This document shows, piece by piece, positions 52,239 to 61,992 of a stretch of DNA of 64,000 nucleotides (positions are counted from its first letter, which is position 1; each line of letters begins with the position of its first letter). The stretch lies in contig CAWCFT010000001.1 in assembly GCA_963794945.1 (NCBI GenBank), positions 224,001 to 288,000 on the forward strand, read 5' to 3'. Source of the DNA: Endomicrobiales bacterium (GTDB lineage: Bacteria; Elusimicrobiota; Endomicrobiia; Endomicrobiales; CAWCFT01). The position numbers were made by a program, and so were the translations under genes. The notes under the pieces were generated by a model. It saw only the letters and a program-made list of their open reading frames with translations. It made no database searches and had not been told where the DNA came from.

Positions 52239-52693
52239 ACGAGCAAGAAGTTCTACAAAAATTATACGGCAAATTCAGCTATCTTGACGGCAAGGGCAGA
52301 GTCGCCCGCGCAAGGCGCATATTCTGCGACGTCCCGAACGCGAATTTCAGGGAAGTAATTAACTACACAATAAATGAGCTCGGTTTTTCGATACTCACGA
52401 CAATGACAGGCGTTGACGACGGCGAGACTTTAGGTTTCATATACCATTTTGCTTCTTTCAACGGCATGATGCTAAACCTTAAGATAAGCGCGCCCAAAGA
52501 CAATCCTGTAATTAAAACAGTTACAGACCTTTTTCCCTCGGCTGAGATGTACGAGCGCGAAGTCATAGACCTGCTCGGCGCAAAAGTAGAAGGTTTAAAG
52601 CCCGGCAGGCGCTATCCGCTGCACGAGACATGGCCTGCAGGTGAACATCCTTTAAGAAAAGACTGGACATATAACAAACCGGCTGAAAAATAG
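52235..52693 (+). CDS. NuoC-like subunit
   Basis: AEMYEREVIDLLG, HPLRKDW. Confidence 0.88.
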   Translation: MNEQEVLQKLYGKFSYLDGKGRVARARRIFCDVPNANFREVINYTINELGFSILTTMTGVDDGETLGFIYHFASFNGMMLNLKISAPKDNPVIKTVTDLFPSAEMYEREVIDLLGAKVEGLKPGRRYPLHETWPAGEHPLRKDWTYNKPAEK

Positions 52694-52745
52694 ACGCACG
52701 TTTGATGCCAAACCGTATTAAAAACGGTTCTGGAGGTAAAAAATT

Positions 52746-53960
52746 ATGGGTAAAGTAACTATTCCGATAGGCCCGCAGCATCCCGCTCTTAAAGAGCCGG
52801 AGAGTTTCGCGGTAACGCTTGACGGCGAAAAGATAGTAAGCATGGTAGCGAACCTCGGTTACAACCATCGCGGTGTTGAAAAGGCCTGCGAAGGCAGGAC
52901 ATATACTCAGGCGCTCTATCTTATAGAGCGCATCTGCGGCATCTGTTCACACACGCATTCCACATGTTTCATACAAGCCGTTGAAGAGATAGCGGCGCTT
53001 GAAGTGCCCAAAAGAGGGCTTTATATACGAACGATAATTGCTGAGCTCGAACGCATGCACAGCCACCTCCTTTGGCTCGGCGTCGCTGGCCACGAGATCG
53101 GGTTTGACACGCTGCTCATGTATTCCTGGCGCGACAGGGAAGCCGTCATGGACCTTCTTGCCCTTCTTACAGGCAACAGGGTGCATTACGGGATGAATGT
53201 CCTTGGCGGATCTAAGCGCGATATTTCCCCCGACCAGGCAAAAGAGATCCTTAGAGTAATGGACGTTCTTGAAGAACGCACGAAATACTATATACAGGTT
53301 GCCACTGAAGAAGTGACGCTTATAGAGCGCCTTTCCAAAGTAGGGACGCTGTCCCACGATGACGCTGTGAAACTCGGCGCCGTAGGGCCCACTAGCCGCG
53401 CGTCAAACGTTGACCGCGACACGCGTCGCGACGACCCTTACGCGGCTTACGCGGACGTAACTTTCAAGGTAATCACTGACAACCATAACGATGTCTACGG
53501 AAGAACGCTTGTCCGCGTGGGCGAACTTATGGAGTCTTACAACATAGTCCGCCAGCTAGTTAAGAACCTGCCCGAAGGCCCGATATCGGTCAAGGCACCC
53601 ATGAAGGTCGGCCCCGGCGAAGCCGTAAGCCGCTACGAAGCGCCCAGAGGCGAAGATGTACATTATGTCAAAGCTAACGGCACCAACAAGCCCGAGCGCG
53701 TGAAAGTGCGCGCCCCGACACTTGCCAACGTTCAGGCAGTGGCCAAGATGCTAGAGAACGGCTACCTTGCAGATATACCTATAGTTATTGCCGCCATCGA
53801 CCCGTGCTTCTCGTGCACCGACCGCACAACGTTCGCCATAAAGAACCCGGACGGCAAACTCACAGGATCCATAGACTGGAGAGCACTTCGCGATTACAGC
53901 ATAAAATGGCACAAGAACAACGGCATAGATTTTTCCAAGATGAGGTCTAAACTAAAATAA
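52746..53960 (+). CDS. Group 4 [NiFe]-hydrogenase large subunit
   Basis: GPQHP, HRGVEK, ERICGICSHTH (L1), DPCFSCTDR (L2) plus C-terminal extension. Confidence 0.92.
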   Translation: MGKVTIPIGPQHPALKEPESFAVTLDGEKIVSMVANLGYNHRGVEKACEGRTYTQALYLIERICGICSHTHSTCFIQAVEEIAALEVPKRGLYIRTIIAELERMHSHLLWLGVAGHEIGFDTLLMYSWRDREAVMDLLALLTGNRVHYGMNVLGGSKRDISPDQAKEILRVMDVLEERTKYYIQVATEEVTLIERLSKVGTLSHDDAVKLGAVGPTSRASNVDRDTRRDDPYAAYADVTFKVITDNHNDVYGRTLVRVGELMESYNIVRQLVKNLPEGPISVKAPMKVGPGEAVSRYEAPRGEDVHYVKANGTNKPERVKVRAPTLANVQAVAKMLENGYLADIPIVIAAIDPCFSCTDRTTFAIKNPDGKLTGSIDWRALRDYSIKWHKNNGIDFSKMRSKLK

Positions 53961-54898
53961 TGGCTAAAATAATGTTTTACATCCTGATATTTCCGGGTTT
54001 TCTTTTCCTCAGCCTCGCAGGCGTAGCGGTGGAATACATCGACAGGATACTTTACGCCCGCTTCCAGAACAGGCAGGGCCCCCCGTGGTTCCAGCCGGTG
54101 GCGGACTTTATAAAGCTGCTAGCGAAAGAAAGCATAATACCTGAAGAAGCTGAGCCGAAGCTTTTCTCGGCGCTGCCGGTAGTCGCGCTCGCCGCAGTTA
54201 TAACGGCTATATTCTATATTCCGATGTGGAAGTCGCAGGCGCTTTTCTCTTTTGAAGGAGACCTTGTGGTAGTTATATACCTTCTTACTTTGCCTACGAT
54301 CACGTTCTTCCTTGCTGGTTGGACCTCAACCTCACTTTATTCTATGATAGGCTCGGTAAGGACACTTACGCAGCTTTTTGCTTACGAAGTGCCTCTCTTC
54401 ATGGGAGTGCTTGCGCCAACTATACTTGCCGAGACATGGTCAATAACCGGCCTTTCCAAATATTACGGCCTCCACCCGTGGTACATATTGTTCAATATAC
54501 CGGGTTTCGTGGTCTCTCTTATAGCCATACAGGGCAAGCTTGAAAAGGTGCCCTTCGATATACCTGAAGCCGAGACTGAGATAGTCGGCGGCACGTTCAC
54601 CGAGTATTCCGGCCGCCTCCTCGCTTATTTCCGTATGGCGATAGATATAGAGATGGTAGTCTGCGCGTCATCTGCTTTCAGCCATATTTTTCCCCTACTT
54701 CATGGACATGAACCCATTCGCGGGCCTTACGTTATACCTTGTTAAAGTCCTCTGCATGATATTCCTTTTCGCGCTTATTCGCTCGCTTTTCGCGCGCTTA
54801 AGAATAGACCAGATGGTGAGTTCTGCTGGAAATACCTTGCCCCCTTAGCGCTTTTCCAGCTGGCTCTTAATTTTGTTCTTAAAGGCTTATTGAAATGA
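53960..54898 (+). CDS. NuoH-like membrane subunit (compensating frameshifts near 54670 and 54820)
   Basis: RQGPP, DFIKLLAKE, PFDIPEAETE, EYSG; RLRIDQ lies in the downstream frame. Confidence 0.85.
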
Positions 54899-55344
54899 TA
54901 AAACCAGGCGCGATGCTAAGAGAAGTACTGAACCATGTCTTAAGAAAACCGGCCACGGAGAACTATCCGTTCGTAAAACCGAGAAGTGCGATAAGTTCCG
55001 TGCCCAGATAAAATTCCTGCCGGAACGGTGTATAGGCTGTAAGTTCTGTATGAGGGACTGCCCTTCTGCCGCCATTACCATAAATAAAATAGCAGACAAA
55101 CAGTTCGAATGCGTTATCGATAACGCCAAATGCATATTACTGCGCCCAGTGTGTTCTTATATGCCCCAAGCAGGCGCTTGAGAGCACGAAATTCTTTGAA
55201 CTTGCCCAGCTTACAAAAGGGCCCCTAAAGGTGACCTATGCCGCAGAAAAGAAAGCCCCAACCGAAGAAAAAGCAGCCCCTCAAGCGTCAACAAACAGCA
55301 CCGAAGGTGCTGGACCTCAAAAAAGCGCTGAAAAACAGCCTTAA
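54895..55344 (+). CDS. NuoI-like 2x[4Fe-4S] subunit (two compensating frameshifts)
   Basis: KPATENYPF; CIGCKFCMRDCP; C..CAQCVLICP read across frames; absent from the ORF track. Confidence 0.8.
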
Positions 55345-55783
55345 AGGCGCTAAAAATGTAGCCATACTCGGCGTTGGCTCTGAACTCAGGGGCGACGACA
55401 TAGCAGGTATGGTAGCGGCCGAAATAATCCTTAAAGCCAACCACAAAAATATCCATGTATTCCTGGGAGCTACCGCACCCGAGAACTTCACTGGCGAAAT
55501 AAAAAAGTGCAAACCCACACACCTTTTCATAATCGATGCCGCGGACACATCTTCAAAACCAGGAACCATAGACCTTATCGACCCGGATATTGTTGGTGGA
55601 GTATCTTTCTCTACGCACATGATGCCGCTCAAAATCATGGTAGACTACCTGCTTCAATCCATCAAATGCAAGGTCATGATAATCGGCATCCAACCAAAAG
55701 TATTGAAATTCGGTAGCGAACCTTCCAAAGAAGCGATAACCTCGGCGAAAGAAGTTGCTAAAACCATTCTAGAAATACTTTAA
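55238..55783 (+). CDS. hycI: HycI-like hydrogenase maturation protease (start may be GTG ~55307)
   Basis: LGVGSELRGDD, APEN, IDAAD, STH, GIQP. Confidence 0.88.
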   Translation: MPQKRKPQPKKKQPLKRQQTAPKVLDLKKALKNSLKGAKNVAILGVGSELRGDDIAGMVAAEIILKANHKNIHVFLGATAPENFTGEIKKCKPTHLFIIDAADTSSKPGTIDLIDPDIVGGVSFSTHMMPLKIMVDYLLQSIKCKVMIIGIQPKVLKFGSEPSKEAITSAKEVAKTILEIL

Positions 55784-55806
55784 GATTGCCTGACACCACT
55801 AAAAAT

Positions 55807-55843
55807 AAAACCGCCACACCCTACAACAGGCTCTGGCGGTTTT
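55807..55843. terminator. Bidirectional intrinsic terminator
   Basis: aaaaccgcca...tggcggtttt between convergent genes. Confidence 0.7.
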
Positions 55844-55868
55844 TATATTAAATTCTTATTAAACTGCT

Positions 55869-56522
55869 TTATTTCTGAACGGCAACTTCAATCTGTCTCT
55901 GACCGCGCACCAATTCTAAACCCAGTATCAGACAACCGACCAAAAGTATGGTTATACCGCTTATCGCGACAGCAACAGACAGCATTGGCCCGAAGCCGTA
56001 TATAACAGCTCCAGCAAATACAAGTATCCCGCCAATTTTTGGAAATTCCTTTGAACGGATAAGAGCTATACAAAATAATATGATACCAATAAATATTGTA
56101 GCGCTTGCAGCCGTCTGGAACATGGCAACAAGAGTATTATTAATGATGATACGATCATCGAGAAGCGTCTTGAAATTTTGGTTTGAAGCTATTATAGGAT
56201 ATATGAATATCTCCCACGTGACTTTACACGCCTGAATGATGTACGCTATTTCCACAAATATATACCCTAGTAACCCCGTTATTCCCGCTTCTTTATAAAG
56301 CCTTGAATAAACTGCGGCAAAACCAAATATCATGAACAATACGCCAACATACGCGGTTACTGCTGTCCATATCCAGTTTGCGTTAAGCACCGCCAATGTG
56401 AAAGTGCGGCGTATCTCAGCTACCGGCAACAGCGTGGAGAAACAAATCGAATAGATAGTTAACAAAAGTGAACCTATGATAAGCGCTATGCCACCGATTT
56501 TTTGAAGCGTTGACAGTTTCAT
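55869..56522 (-). CDS. Hypothetical multi-pass membrane protein
   Basis: About 6 hydrophobic segments; GGAGG RBS. Confidence 0.7.
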   Translation of the reverse strand: MKLSTLQKIGGIALIIGSLLLTIYSICFSTLLPVAEIRRTFTLAVLNANWIWTAVTAYVGVLFMIFGFAAVYSRLYKEAGITGLLGYIFVEIAYIIQACKVTWEIFIYPIIASNQNFKTLLDDRIIINNTLVAMFQTAASATIFIGIILFCIALIRSKEFPKIGGILVFAGAVIYGFGPMLSVAVAISGITILLVGCLILGLELVRGQRQIEVAVQK

Positions 56523-56551
56523 GTAACTGCCTCCTATAATTGTATGTTTTC

Positions 56552-56974
56552 TTATCTGCTAACATTAAAATCCTCTGACTTAAAATCGCAGTAATATCGG
56601 CCATTCTTAGCCGTAAACTTCAGCACGCAGTAGTCGGGATCTGTTACTCCTTTTGAATAGTACATTTCATCGCCGTTTTGCCATATCATCTTCTTAGATT
56701 TGATGTCGCGCAGGACTTTCATCCTGCCTATGAGCATTACACCTCTAAAAAACCTTTTATCGTAAAAATACACACAAGCCTTGCCATTTGCTTTATACTG
56801 GCCAACCCTCATTGAAGATGTATTGGTTGTAAAATATAGATTCTCAATGCCTTCCCTTTTTCTTGGAGGAAGCATCGCTTTAGTGTTGGGAAACCCCATT
56901 TTATCTACAGAACTGATTATCGACACGTTCGCATTATCGATGATGTTTCCTATGGTTTTTACCGGATCTCTCAT
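56552..56974 (-). CDS. Pyridoxamine-5'-phosphate oxidase-like / general stress protein
   Basis: GFPNTKAM, YFTTNTSS, DPDYCVLKF. Confidence 0.8.
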   Translation of the reverse strand: MRDPVKTIGNIIDNANVSIISSVDKMGFPNTKAMLPPRKREGIENLYFTTNTSSMRVGQYKANGKACVYFYDKRFFRGVMLIGRMKVLRDIKSKKMIWQNGDEMYYSKGVTDPDYCVLKFTAKNGRYYCDFKSEDFNVSR

Positions 56975-56985
56975 AATTTAACCTT

Positions 56986-57753
56986 CTATTTTACGCCCCA
57001 AAACCGCTGGAGCTGCACGAGAACACTTGTATCCGATAGTTTTTCCCTTGCATCCTTAAGCCAGACATGAATCTTGTAAGGCGCGGCGCTGCCGGACTTC
57101 TTGCCGGGCGTCGCGGGCTGCAGTACAAAAGGTATCTTGGGTGAAATCTCAGAAATTATCTTTATAGCCTTGCCTATCTCCTCATCTTTTGTTTTATCGG
57201 TAAGGACAAGCTTTACAAAGGCTTTGTCTTTTGCGGCCTTGAGAAATTCTTTGTGTTCTTGCCAGTACTCTGTTTTCGAAGCCGATGGGAGCTTAATATC
57301 CATGGAAACAACGTCTACCCATTTTTTTACCTGTTCATACGCTTCGGGAATTGTGCCGTTGGTTTCAAGATAGACGTCCAATTTAAGTTTCTTTATTTCC
57401 GGGAGGAGTTTAGTGAGAAAATTAGGGTAAAGGAGCGGCTCGCCTCCGGTAAGTGAAACTGTTTTAGGTATCGAGCCTTCTCCGCCTGAAAGGCGTTTTG
57501 AAGAAAATTCCTTTATCCTCGCTATTATTGTCTCTATGGAAAAATATTTTTGGTTCTCGTCAAGCGACTGGTTCTCCGGAGTGTCGCAGTAATCGCACCT
57601 CAGGTTGCAGCCCACGAAACGAACGAATATCTGCGGCTGGCCCGTGTATATGCCTTCTCCCTGGTATGAAGCGAATATCTCTGAAACAGGAGCTTTCAGG
57701 CTCACTTTCCCAACAGGCGATGTTTTTCTCTTTTGCTTTGATGTCTGTTTCAT
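56986..57753 (-). CDS. queE: 7-carboxy-7-deazaguanine synthase
   Basis: EIFASYQGEG, GCNLRCDYCDT, TGGEP, ETNG. Confidence 0.92.
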   Translation of the reverse strand: MKQTSKQKRKTSPVGKVSLKAPVSEIFASYQGEGIYTGQPQIFVRFVGCNLRCDYCDTPENQSLDENQKYFSIETIIARIKEFSSKRLSGGEGSIPKTVSLTGGEPLLYPNFLTKLLPEIKKLKLDVYLETNGTIPEAYEQVKKWVDVVSMDIKLPSASKTEYWQEHKEFLKAAKDKAFVKLVLTDKTKDEEIGKAIKIISEISPKIPFVLQPATPGKKSGSAAPYKIHVWLKDAREKLSDTSVLVQLQRFWGVK

Positions 57754-57772
57754 AGTTAACATTCTCCTTGTC

Positions 57773-57852
57773 TCAGTGGTAAGCGTTAAGTGGTAAGTGA
57801 AAGTCAAAGGATTTTAAAAATTGATTTATTACTTACCCCTTAGCCCTAACCA
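57773..57852. repeat. TAAGTGG/CTTACCC-family repeat
   Basis: gtggtaagcgttaagtggtaagtg ... acttaccccttagccctaaccac. Confidence 0.55.
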
Positions 57853-58508
57853 CGTATCCCTGCTTCTAAGAATCCTTTTGCCCTGAACCTGCAGGAATCG
57901 CAGACCCCGCAAGGGGCCCGACCGCCTGCGTAGCACGACCAGGTCATGTCGAAAGGCACACCGAGCTTAGTGCCCAGCCTTACAATCTCTGATTTATCCA
58001 GCCTTATAAGCGGCGCCTGCACCATTATTTTTGTGCCCAGCGCCTTTAAAAGCCTATTCCAGGCTATATAATAGTCCGGACGGCAATCCGGATAGCCTGA
58101 GTAATCAACGGCATTTGCTCCGATAAATATTGTCTCCGCGCCCAGGGTCTCGGCGTACGAAAGGGCAAATGAAAGAAAAACCGTGTTCCTGCCCGGCACA
58201 TACGTCGAAGGCAATGAACTTAAAATCGGCGCCCTGCCGGCATTATCCGGCAAGTTCTTATTGTCAGGTATCTTTTTATTGGTATCCGTAAGCGAACTTC
58301 CGCTCCAGGGAAGAGCTATTTTCACTGTTTGGTATTTGCATCCTGTCTTTTTAGCTATGCGTATGGCAGAATTTAACTCTTTCCTGTGCCTCTGGCCGTA
58401 ATCGAACAGAAGGCAGGCGCATTTGTATCCCTGCTTTAACGCGTAGTAAAGCACGGTGGATGAATCCAGGCCGCCTGAAAGAAGTACGACTGCTTTTTTA
58501 TTTTTCAT
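57846..58508 (-). CDS. queC: 7-cyano-7-deazaguanine synthase
   Basis: SGGLDS, YGQRH, YVPGRN, GYPDCR, CGVCDSC. Confidence 0.95.
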   Translation of the reverse strand: MKNKKAVVLLSGGLDSSTVLYYALKQGYKCACLLFDYGQRHRKELNSAIRIAKKTGCKYQTVKIALPWSGSSLTDTNKKIPDNKNLPDNAGRAPILSSLPSTYVPGRNTVFLSFALSYAETLGAETIFIGANAVDYSGYPDCRPDYYIAWNRLLKALGTKIMVQAPLIRLDKSEIVRLGTKLGVPFDMTWSCYAGGRAPCGVCDSCRFRAKGFLEAGIRG

Positions 58509-58538
58509 AGCTTATTTTGGCCACGATAATTCTCCAAA

Positions 58539-58907
58539 CTAGTTAGATACAGCCGCTGATGAGGTGTCACTTTCCCAAACTTCCACTTCAAACGTCTTAA
58601 CGCCTTTCGGCAGCTGCTTTGAAAGTTGTCTAAATATGTATTCAGCAATATTTTCCGCAGTCGGGTTAGTTTTATTGAACGGCGGGGTTTCATTCAGGTA
58701 GCTGTGGTCAAGCTTCGCTATAACCATATCGAGCAAATCCTTTATATCCGTAAAATCCATTGCCATGCCGGTCTTATCGAGCTTGTTCGAGACCAGCGAG
58801 GCTTTAATTTTCCAATTGTGCCCATGCAGTTTTTCACACTTGCCTTTATACCCTCTCAGCGCGTGAGCCGCCGAAAAACCTCTTATCACAGAAACTTTAT
58901 ACTTCAT
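58539..58907 (-). CDS. queD: 6-carboxytetrahydropterin synthase
   Basis: FSAAH, CEKLHGHN, LDH, NPTAE. Confidence 0.93.
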   Translation of the reverse strand: MKYKVSVIRGFSAAHALRGYKGKCEKLHGHNWKIKASLVSNKLDKTGMAMDFTDIKDLLDMVIAKLDHSYLNETPPFNKTNPTAENIAEYIFRQLSKQLPKGVKTFEVEVWESDTSSAAVSN

Positions 58908-59725
58908 AGTGCTACCTTCCTTACTGGTTTTATGTTTCGGCCAAGAAAACGGCAGGCTATCTCGGTAAATTTCTGCGGAATATCGCTTACGAAATACTGG
59001 TATCTGCCTTTCATCTTTGAATTGTTAGATAGATCCAGGGTGGCAAGCGTGTGTTTGACTTCCATTGCGGCGGTCTCGGCGGAATCTATAAGGCGTATGT
59101 GTTTTCCGGCCGCGGACTGGATGATATTTTTGATAAGCGGGTAATGTGTGCAGCCGAGGACTATCGTGTCTATCCCGTTTTTTAGCACCGGTTTGATATA
59201 TTCTTCTGCGACCTCTTTGGTTACTCTGTGACCAAGCCATCCTTCTTCCACTAGAGGCACGAAAAGCGGGCAGGCCTTGCCGAATACCTTTGCCTTTTTA
59301 TTAAGTCTCTTTATGGCTTTTGCGTAAGACGAACTGCGGATCGTGCCCTCGGTGCCCAGCACGGCTATTTTTCCGTTCCTGGTAACGGAAAGAGCTGCTT
59401 TTGCACCGGGTGCGATAACCTCTATTATTGGAACATTGAAATTTCTCTTCAATGAGGCCAGAGCCACCGCCGAGGCCGTGTTGCAGGCGATGACTATCAT
59501 CTTCACTTTCTTAGAAAGAAGAAAAGATGCTATATCCATGGAATACTTTGTCACCACTTCACTCGATTTTGAGCCATACGGCACGTGGGCCGTGTCCCCG
59601 AAATAAATTACGTTCTCGTTCGGAAGAACTTTGATGATCTCAGCCATGACCGTTAGCCCGCCGAGTCCCGAGTCGAACACACCTACAGGCAATTTTGAAG
59701 AGTTCAGTGCCTTACCTTTTTGCAT
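58904..59725 (-). CDS. murI: Glutamate racemase
   Basis: FDSGLGG, PYG, ACNTAS, LGCTHY. Confidence 0.95.
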   Translation of the reverse strand: MQKGKALNSSKLPVGVFDSGLGGLTVMAEIIKVLPNENVIYFGDTAHVPYGSKSSEVVTKYSMDIASFLLSKKVKMIVIACNTASAVALASLKRNFNVPIIEVIAPGAKAALSVTRNGKIAVLGTEGTIRSSSYAKAIKRLNKKAKVFGKACPLFVPLVEEGWLGHRVTKEVAEEYIKPVLKNGIDTIVLGCTHYPLIKNIIQSAAGKHIRLIDSAETAAMEVKHTLATLDLSNNSKMKGRYQYFVSDIPQKFTEIACRFLGRNIKPVRKVAL

Positions 59726-61361
59726 TCGCGCTCTCCTGCCTCAGATCATATTTTTTTATTCCTTCAAATATTGAATCCGCTATATATTCCTGGAATTTCT
59801 TTGTTCTTAACTTGGCCTCTTCGCCGTAGTTTGAAAGAAAGGCGCACTCAACCAGTACCGCCGGCATGGCAGCACCCCTGAGAACGAAGAAACCAGCCTG
59901 CTTGACCCCTCTGTTCTCGATCTTGAGCCTGTGCGACGCTTCAACAGCAATCATACTGCAAAGCTCTGAAGAATCGTTAATGAACTCGTTGACAGTCATG
60001 GACCATAGCAGTTCCTGTAGTTTTGCGCGTTTCTTGTTGGGACTGCCTTCAAGGCGAACGACCGAGTTTTCAAGCACGGCCGTGGCCGCGGCATCTGAAT
60101 CCGAGGCTGTTTCTGACAAGAAATATATCTCAAAACCGCTGACGTTCTTGTCCATATTTGCGTTACAGTGCACGGCTATGAACATATCGGCTTTGTGTTC
60201 GTTGGCGAAACTCGTGCGTTCTACAAGTGGTATAAACGTATCGTCCGTCCTGGTCAGAAGAACGTTGTACTGGCCATCTTCTTCGAACAATCTTTTAAGC
60301 TCAAATACTATGGCAAGGTTAATATCTTTTTCTTTGGTGCCGTTTTGTCCTATCGCCCCGGGATCATCGCCACCGTGTCCGGCATCCAGTATGAGAAGCT
60401 TTTTCTTTTTGGAGGTTTTTTTAGCAAGAGTACAAACACTTACCGAAGATGCCGAGACCTTAAAAAGCCCTGTCCCAGCCGACGGTGTTGTCGCACGTAT
60501 TTCCGCATCTGCAACTGCAGCCGTTGAAACGCCTGTTTCAATAAGTTCGCCGGAAGAAATAACTACTTCCAGCGGGGCGGTGTCCGATACCGATTTTTCT
60601 GCAACAACAGTTTTTGGAATAGACATGACAAGCTTTTTTGAAGCCTTGTCGTATTTACTTTCAATAGCCCCAGCACCAGAATCAAGCTTAATTATAATCT
60701 CGGCGCTCCTGCCGGCATTTCTGGTCTCGAACCCCTTTACTATACCGTCATTTATGTTAATTTTCTCTTCATTAAGTCTTCCCTTTATGACAGTGACCGA
60801 CATCTCACCCTTTTTGATTTGTTTGCAATTATACGAAAGGTCTTCGGTAAACTCGACAACGATCTGAGCGGAACACTGCGATGAATAGAAACGAGGTGGA
60901 TTGATATTGATCTTTCTCTCTATGGTAAGGAAACCTGAATTCGGGTTATACTGCGAGACTGCACCGGAAAAACCCGCGAAATCGTTGGATAGTACAAAAG
61001 AAGCTGGGATATATAACTCTCCCGAAACAAGCCGGGAAGGTATGCTCAAACGCTTTTTTTGCCCATCCAGCAACACCCTTGTGCTTTTGACATAAATATC
61101 AATGCGGCGGTTATTCATCAGCAGGGCCACTTTACCCGTAACAGGATGATATACGAGGCTTGAGCCGTAAGCCTGAGCGACATCCCTCACTGCGAAATAG
61201 TCGTCTCCGGAAAGATTGGCATAATGGATAGGTTTTTTTACCTCCCCATCAAATATCGCCTGCACCTTCTTTACGCTGCCTTGCCCAAACAAACCAACTT
61301 GACAAGGCACAGCGATCAGCACCAAGAAGAGCATCACTAATATATGCCTAAAATGTTTCAT
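59712..61361 (-). CDS. N-acetylmuramoyl-L-alanine amidase (Amidase_3)
   Basis: LDAGHGGDDPG, EK, VHCNA, PAVLVE; signal peptide. Confidence 0.9.
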   Translation of the reverse strand: MKHFRHILVMLFLVLIAVPCQVGLFGQGSVKKVQAIFDGEVKKPIHYANLSGDDYFAVRDVAQAYGSSLVYHPVTGKVALLMNNRRIDIYVKSTRVLLDGQKKRLSIPSRLVSGELYIPASFVLSNDFAGFSGAVSQYNPNSGFLTIERKININPPRFYSSQCSAQIVVEFTEDLSYNCKQIKKGEMSVTVIKGRLNEEKININDGIVKGFETRNAGRSAEIIIKLDSGAGAIESKYDKASKKLVMSIPKTVVAEKSVSDTAPLEVVISSGELIETGVSTAAVADAEIRATTPSAGTGLFKVSASSVSVCTLAKKTSKKKKLLILDAGHGGDDPGAIGQNGTKEKDINLAIVFELKRLFEEDGQYNVLLTRTDDTFIPLVERTSFANEHKADMFIAVHCNANMDKNVSGFEIYFLSETASDSDAAATAVLENSVVRLEGSPNKKRAKLQELLWSMTVNEFINDSSELCSMIAVEASHRLKIENRGVKQAGFFVLRGAAMPAVLVECAFLSNYGEEAKLRTKKFQEYIADSIFEGIKKYDLRQESANAKR

Positions 61362-61389
61362 TTTTGTTTTCTTATGTCTTTTTCAAATC

Positions 61390-61421
61390 AAGTTTGGCAA
61401 AGCCAATGCTTTGCCAAACTT
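61390..61421. terminator. 14-bp hairpin directly 3' of ssrA
   Basis: aagtttggcaaagc caat gctttgccaaactt. Confidence 0.55.
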
Positions 61422-61422
61422 A

Positions 61423-61769
61423 TGGAGGTGGCCGGAATCGAACCGGCGTCCGAAAGCGTCTAGGCCAGGTTCCTACAGGCTTAACAGGAAATTGTTCTCG
61501 CCGCTAAGCTGCCTTCCTGCAGGACCGCTTAACAGCCAGCTCCGTTATAGTTTCATCAAGCAACGACGGAACAAGCCTTGCCTGACTAACCTGCTCTTGA
61601 CGTTCGCTCCCTTTAGCAGGTGTCAAAGGGCGGACGCTTACCGCAATTAAGCGGCGAGGGCTAATGTATTATTAGCTTTTATTGTTTGACCGATTTTTAG
61701 CCGAGCCTTCGGTCAACTCGGGCCTGCCACCTGTTCCTCGTTCACTCCCGTCGAGACCTGTTCACCCCC
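61423..61769 (-). ncRNA. ssrA: tmRNA, tag ANNTLALAA
   Basis: 5' GGGGGTG..CTCGAC; 3' GGTTCGATTCCGGCCACCTCCA; internal GCT AAT AAT ACA TTA GCC CTC GCC GCT TAA. Confidence 0.95.
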
Positions 61770-61992
61770 ACATGTCGCGTCCGCCCTGGCGGACTTATCT
61801 TCGCTACAGCTCAGATTGTTCCGGCTCGAATTGAATAAACAGCTCGCCGGAACGCTCCCGGAGGGAAACGCAGTTTCACTTCCGCGCTCAGGAAAGGAGC
61901 TGAACTCCTTTCCTTCACTGAACCCCTCCCATAGGATATACTATCTAACACAGCTGACAACGCGCGGCTGTCATCCCATCCTAATCAAAATC

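Noticed and set aside
56986..58907. queEDC as part of a 7-deazaguanine DNA-modification (dpd) system
   Set aside because: No dpdA/tgt-like or defence genes nearby; the housekeeping context fits queuosine synthesis.
59866..60867. 333-aa plus-strand ORF
   Set aside because: It is the antisense shadow of the amidase gene and has no recognisable motifs.
61860..61930. Hammerhead ribozyme or SRP RNA
   Set aside because: The CUGANGA core and the SRP GGAA-loop/AGCAG motif are not correctly present.
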